DNA from: Azolla caroliniana
Lineage: Eukaryota; Plantae; Polypodiophyta
Assembly (NCBI GenBank): GCA_043228905.1
Contig: JBHGNT010000006.1
Span: 13,640,001-13,704,000 of the forward strand
Length of the DNA stretch: 64,000 bases
Direction of reading: 5' to 3'
This document shows, one piece after another, positions 59,001 through 64,000 of the stretch. The position numbers were made by a program, and so were the translations under genes. Below the pieces are notes generated by a model. The model was not told the origin of the DNA. It worked only from the letters and a program-made list of their open reading frames with translations, and searched no databases. Position 1 is the stretch's first letter; each line of letters opens with the position of its first letter.

Positions 59001-62000
59001 TGCCGAAGAGGAGGAACTTGACCTTGTTGATGTCGACTAGATTTTCACCTCCAATGACCAATTTATCATGCACATATAGAATGATGACAATGAGACTTCC
59101 CGAATCGCTTCTTATGTAGAGGGAGTTGTCGGATTCCGACATTCGGAAGCCGATTCAATGAAGATATTGTGCTATCTTCGAATGCCAAGCACGTGGTGGT
59201 TGCTGAAGGCCGTAGAAGAGGCTTCTTGAGTTGGTAGAAGGCTTTCAGATGAATGTTGGATTCGAAGCCGGGTGATTGTACCATGTACACCTCCTCTTCT
59301 AATTCGCCTTGAAGAAAGGTGTTCTTGACATCCATCTAATGGAGGTTCCACCGTTTCCTCGCAGCAAGTGCAATCACGGTCCGCACACTCGTCATCTTTG
59401 CCATCGGGGCAAAGGTCTCTTCATAGTCGACTCCATGTGTTTGTGCGTATCCTTTCGCTACAAATCTAGCTTTGTAGTGGTTTATGGAACCATCGACATT
59501 ATACTTCACTTTGTAAATCCATCTGCAGCCGATTGCCTTCTTGTGCGGTGAGTGGGGGATGAGATCCCATGTCTCCTTCTTGCATAGTGCTTGCATCTCT
59601 TCGTTCATTGCTTCGACCCATCGTGGATCCTTGGTTGCTTTGGAAAAACTCTCTGGTTCTTGAACTGTTGCCACCTTCATCATAAAGGCATAGTGGTATG
59701 CCATATAATCGTTGTGGCCGAATCGGTTAACAAGATTCTTCTCATGGGTGGAGCGACAAAGTTTTTCGTTTTTCATGCTAATGGCCTTCTTTACACTAGG
59801 TGTCCTCATGATAGGTACATCGACGGCACTGAACTCATGTCGAGGGAGTGAGTCGATTCGTTACCGTCAAATTGATCGTCTTCATATTCTGGCATTTTCG
59901 CCTTGCCTTTGTCCATCTTTAGACTAGGCCAAGATGTGCTTTGGTCGCTCGGGGGCTCTTCTGGCCCACTAAGCCTGGTCGTAATCGGGGTTTCTTTGAA
60001 CATGTGTTCGAGTAGATCTCCATCTTCGTCTCTTCTTCGGCCGATTCCGAGTCAGAATCATCTCTGGTTTGTACGAGGATGCCGATTCGTCGAAAACGAT
60101 GTCTTGACTCACTCGAACCTTTCGAGTAGAGGGGTTGAAGCTTTTGTACCCTTTTTTTCCAATGAGTATCCTACGAGGACACATTTCTCCGACTTGGGAT
60201 CTAGCTTTTGCCACTTCTCATCGGGGATGTGCACGTATGCAAGTTAGCCGAATATCGTAACATGGGATAGATCCGATGTCTTTCCATAGTACTTTTCATG
60301 AGGGGTAACTTGTGTACACCAGATGTTGTGCACCGGTTCATGAGGTAGATGACAATATTTGCTGCTTCGGCCCAATATGACTTTGGCATATTCTTTTCGT
60401 TCATCATGGTCCGTGCTACTTCGAGGATGTATCAAATTTTGCGTTCGGCTACACAGTTTTGTTGTGGTGTATGTCGACACAAAAACTCTCGCCAAATTCC
60501 TTCTTTTTGGAGAAAAACCGAAAATTCATCGGAGAAGTACTCTTTTCCTTCGTCCGACCGAAGACATCGTACATGTCGACCTGTTTCCTTTTTGACTCCA
60601 CTCTTGACTTTTTGGAAGTGTGAGAACACTTCACTCTTCTGTAACATGGGGAAGATCCATGTATGCTTGGAGAAGTCGTCGATAAAGGTGACATAGTATT
60701 GGCATACTCCGAATGTTGCTGTCTGAGCTGGTCCCCATACGTCAGAATGAATTACGTCGAGTACGCCTTTGCTCATGTTCCTCTCTTTCGGGAATGGGTC
60801 CCGGTGTTGCTTGCCGAATTAGCAGGCTCCACATATGCCTTCAATCTCCTTCTCTTTGAAGGTCGGGAGCCTGATGATGACTTCTTTTGATTGCATTGCC
60901 TTGAGTTTATTGAGATTGATGTGGCCAATCATCTTGTGCCACAACTCTATGTCTATGTCGGTTTTGGTGCCTTTTGCAAACATGGCTGATTTCATCTCGA
61001 CCTTCCCTTCGACCACGAGCAATGAGTCGACCCTCTTTTTCAATGAAGCAACCGCCTTGGTTGAATCGAACTTGCATGCCTTGCTCCATAATTTGGCTGA
61101 CTGAGACCAAATTCTTCGTGATGGTCGGTACATGCAAGACATTCTTAATGTAAGTTTGGTGACCTTATTTGCCGAATGGAACATTGCTAATGTGCTGAAT
61201 CGGATGAGTAGTGTCGTCTCCGGTTTCGACATAGCCGGGTCGATCCGGTTTTCAAAGTTCTCAGAACCATTCTTGATGTGACGTCATATGGTTCGAGGCA
61301 CTAGAGTCGACAAACCATACATCTTCCAGACTGGAGGCACTAGTTGAAGTAGAAGTCGACATAGAATTTGCTCTATGTCTCATCACAAACATTCCACCAT
61401 GGTTGTCATAGTTAGAATTGATGGTGTAATTGGTTACTTGTCGGCTAGTGGAAGCCGACTCATGCATCTTCTTTCGGCACTTTTCTTCGTGGTGGCCGAT
61501 TTTGCTATAGTATCCACATTCGATCGAGTTTTGTCGGCTTGGACCGACATGGTGGCTCACCCTTCTTTCGAAGGTTCCTCGATGGATTCTGTCTTGTTGC
61601 CGAAATTGGGAGTTATTTTCGTGAGTCGGATCTCGTCTGCCTCGTCCTTGCCCAAATCGACCTCTTCTTGTTCGGCCGTGTCCTCTTCCTCCATCTGAAT
61701 GTGTGTAGAGAATTTGACCTTCCGAGGTGTTGCACTTGGTTCAAACATGGTTTTCTTCAGCCAATAACATCGATTGAAGATTGAAGAAAGAGGGAGGATT
61801 CTCGAATGTAGCCAAGCATGTGGTCATGAACACATGTCACCACGCAACACATCACTTGGCTTGCGGTTTGCTCCCATGTTGAGTATTCAGGAGTCGTTGG
61901 GTCGGGTCGATTTTCTTGTGCTCCTTTGATGCAGCTCCAATAGCCTTGGTCGACAAGGTATTGGTGCATCTTGTGCTCCCAAGATACAAAGTTGTTTCTA

Positions 62001-62663
62001 TCCAACTTTTAGCTAGGGAGAGTGCTTCCCATTTGAGTATTCATTATGTCGATGAAGGTTTCTTCCTTCTTTTCCTTCTCTCTCGAACACGAGCTATGTA
62101 GTCACACTACGATAGCGATGAGCCGGTTCTTCTTCAACGTCGATGTAGAACACAACACACGTGAATGGGATAGATCGAGCTACCAAATCGCTCTGATACC
62201 ATGTAAAGAACCGGATATGATTCTTTGCAGCAGAAGAGATGTGTGTTCTGTGTGTGTGTATGTGTGTAAGAGAGAGGAGAGGAGAGAAACACAAGTTAGA
62301 TTAGATAGAATGGAAAAATAGAATACTCAAGAAGAAGATGTATACTAACAAGGAATATGAGATACAAAAATGTAGCATGACAAGGGAGGACAACCGACAC
62401 TCTATGAAGTAGGAGGGTGCTTTATATAAGGTCACCATCTCTCTTCATTAACTCGTGCTACAACAAGCAATCTCTCTTGGGCAATGTGGAGACTCATTAG
62501 TCATGGGGAATATGAAACTGATTAGTTATGTGTAATAGAATATGATTCTATGACACATAGTTAATGTGTAGAGAGTAGTGGTGTGACTTTTGACCCTTAA
62601 CTGCTCATAGATTATCAAAGGGTGTGTTCACACACAAGCCTAGGTTGACCTTGATTCTCAACA
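56065..62663 (-). mobile_element. Ty1/Copia retrotransposon 3, decayed; 3' LTR interrupted by LINE 3
   Basis: TSD CTTTT at 56060-56064 and 62664-62668. 5' LTR at 62202-62663. 3' LTR in two pieces, 56065-~56134 and ~57761-58010. PBS at 62190-62201. gag-PR-IN-RT-RH fragments related to Copia 2. Confidence 0.93.
56135..57763 (-). mobile_element. RTEX/RTE-like LINE copy 3, 5'-truncated
   Basis: Closely matches 42340-43985; (GAAA)n tail; ORF 56479-57345. Confidence 0.93.
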
Positions 62664-62789
62664 CTTTTTACCAACAAATCCTTATTCGGTGTTACGAAAA
62701 TCCACTAGTGAGTGCGGATCGCGAGGCGAACCGTCCAGGTCTAGGACCGAAAGGAATCAGGGTTTAACGATCAAAAGACTAAAAATTTC

Positions 62790-63380
62790 CCTCGAATAAT
62801 ACTTAATTATACTTATGCACAAGCAAAACTTAGAATAAGAGAGTATGAGAGATCGAATAATACTTAATTATACTTATGTGTAAGTAGAGCTTAAAGCAAG
62901 AGAGTATGAAATATCGAATAATACTTAATTATACTTTTGTTCAAGCAAAGCTTAGAGTAAGAGAATATGAAATATTGAATAATACTTAATTATACTTAAC
63001 TTGCTCAAGCAAATCTTAGAGTATGAGATATTGAATAATACTTAATTATACTTATGCGTAAGCAAATCTTAGAGTAGGAAAGTATTCTTATGTGTAAGCA
63101 AAGCTTAGAGTAGGAAAGTATGAGAGATCGAATAATACAATTATTCTTATGTGTAAGCAAAGCTTAGAGTAGGAAAGTATGAGAGATCAAATAATACAAT
63201 TATTCTTATGTGTAAGCAAAGCTTAGAGTAGGAAAGTATGAGAGATCGAATAATACAATTATTCTTATGTGTAAGCAAAGCTTAGAGTAGGAAAGTATGA
63301 GAGATCGAATAATACAATTATTCTTATGTGTAAGCAAAGCTTAGAGTAGGAAAGTATGAGAGATCGAATAATACTTTACT
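62790..63380. repeat. ~59-bp tandem array inside an LTR-like segment (~62690-63631)
   Basis: Unit AATAATACAATTATTCTTATGTGTAAGCAAAGCTTAGAGTAGGAAAGTATGAGAGATCG; about four near-perfect and about six diverged copies. Confidence 0.9.
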
Positions 63381-63631
63381 TATGCATGTTAGGAATTTGT
63401 CTCTCCTATGGGAGAAGTCGACAATCGAAGTCAAGGAAGAAGCTGACAGTTCAATCAATAACCTGAATACAGGATGGTCGATCGGATCAAACAGTGAGTC
63501 GGCAAGGTGGTCGATTGGCTTGAAGGAGATAGAGAGTCAACTTTGATAGTCGACTACATTGGATGGATGGTCCAGGTCGAAGACAAGGCCGAATAATAGG
63601 GCCGACTTGATGGTCGAAAACAAGGTTGACA

Positions 63632-64000
63632 AGGTCTTCCAGTTGCACCTTTCATAATTGGAACATAATTGCCATTGATACTAATATCACCATTAAGAAC
63701 TCTTTGTTGCACTGTATGTAATCTCATACTGCTAACACATAAAGAAATTTTAAATGCCACTCTACAACATTGTTGTGCACCATATATGTAATACTCAAAA
63801 GAGATCGAGATTTCTGATGATTTGTCGGAGATCATTTGCATGTGCGTCACTAGATAAGTGTCCTACTCATCACCAATGAGTGAAAAATAATAACGTCTCA
63901 ATTCACGTAGTTTAACCTTCCCAAACATTGAGAAGCATCCACGAGCACAACATGACACTTGGAGACGTCTAATGTTAGTTGTTTCTCCGATGTCACCATG
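63632..64000 (-). pseudogene. Second copy (5' part) of the DUF7869/Sola-like transposase
   Basis: SFEYYIYGAQQCCRVAFKISLCVSSMRLHTVQQRVLNGD..MKGATGR aligns to ORF 25020-25697; cut off at 63631 by an LTR-like end. Confidence 0.88.

Noticed and set aside
61557-61800. Apparent foreign acidic ORF within Copia 3 gag
   Set aside because: An alternative frame matches Copia 2 gag (LQSMLL..EENH..GRGGRG) after an internal deletion and frameshifts.
62790-63380. CRISPR-like regular repeat array
   Set aside because: Units are head-to-tail with no unique spacers, there are no cas genes, and the context is eukaryotic.

Overview
Eukaryotic nuclear DNA from a land plant. Tcn1-like chromoviruses, RTEX-like LINEs and GT-AG introns suggest a non-seed plant such as a fern (inference). 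About 75% of the window is nested transposable elements. A 20.9 kb hAT element (3532-24433; 17-bp TIRs, perfect 8-bp TSD) holds two Ty3/chromovirus copies of one family: one decayed copy with a Copia nested in it, and one intact copy with nearly identical LTRs. Removing the hAT places two decayed genes head-to-head with their ATGs about 950 bp apart. One is an intron-containing gene with a ParB/Srx-like domain (minus strand, runs off the left edge). The other is a DUF7869/Sola-like DDE transposase with a Tudor/BAH-like tail, and a second copy of it lies at the right edge. This pair is the best candidate here for an undescribed cargo-carrying DNA transposon. The rest comprises two more Copia elements, a Copia fragment, three RTEX-like LINEs, an intronless IDM1-like PHD-GNAT gene, a tRNA-Lys(CUU) and a 3-exon gene for a probable plastid protein of unknown function. 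Three recoding or priming signals are readable in the sequence: a -1 frameshift cassette and a Tf1-type self-priming PBS in the chromovirus, and a single in-frame TGA joining LINE ORF1 and ORF2. All alignments and translations outside the supplied ORF track were done by eye and no database searches were run.
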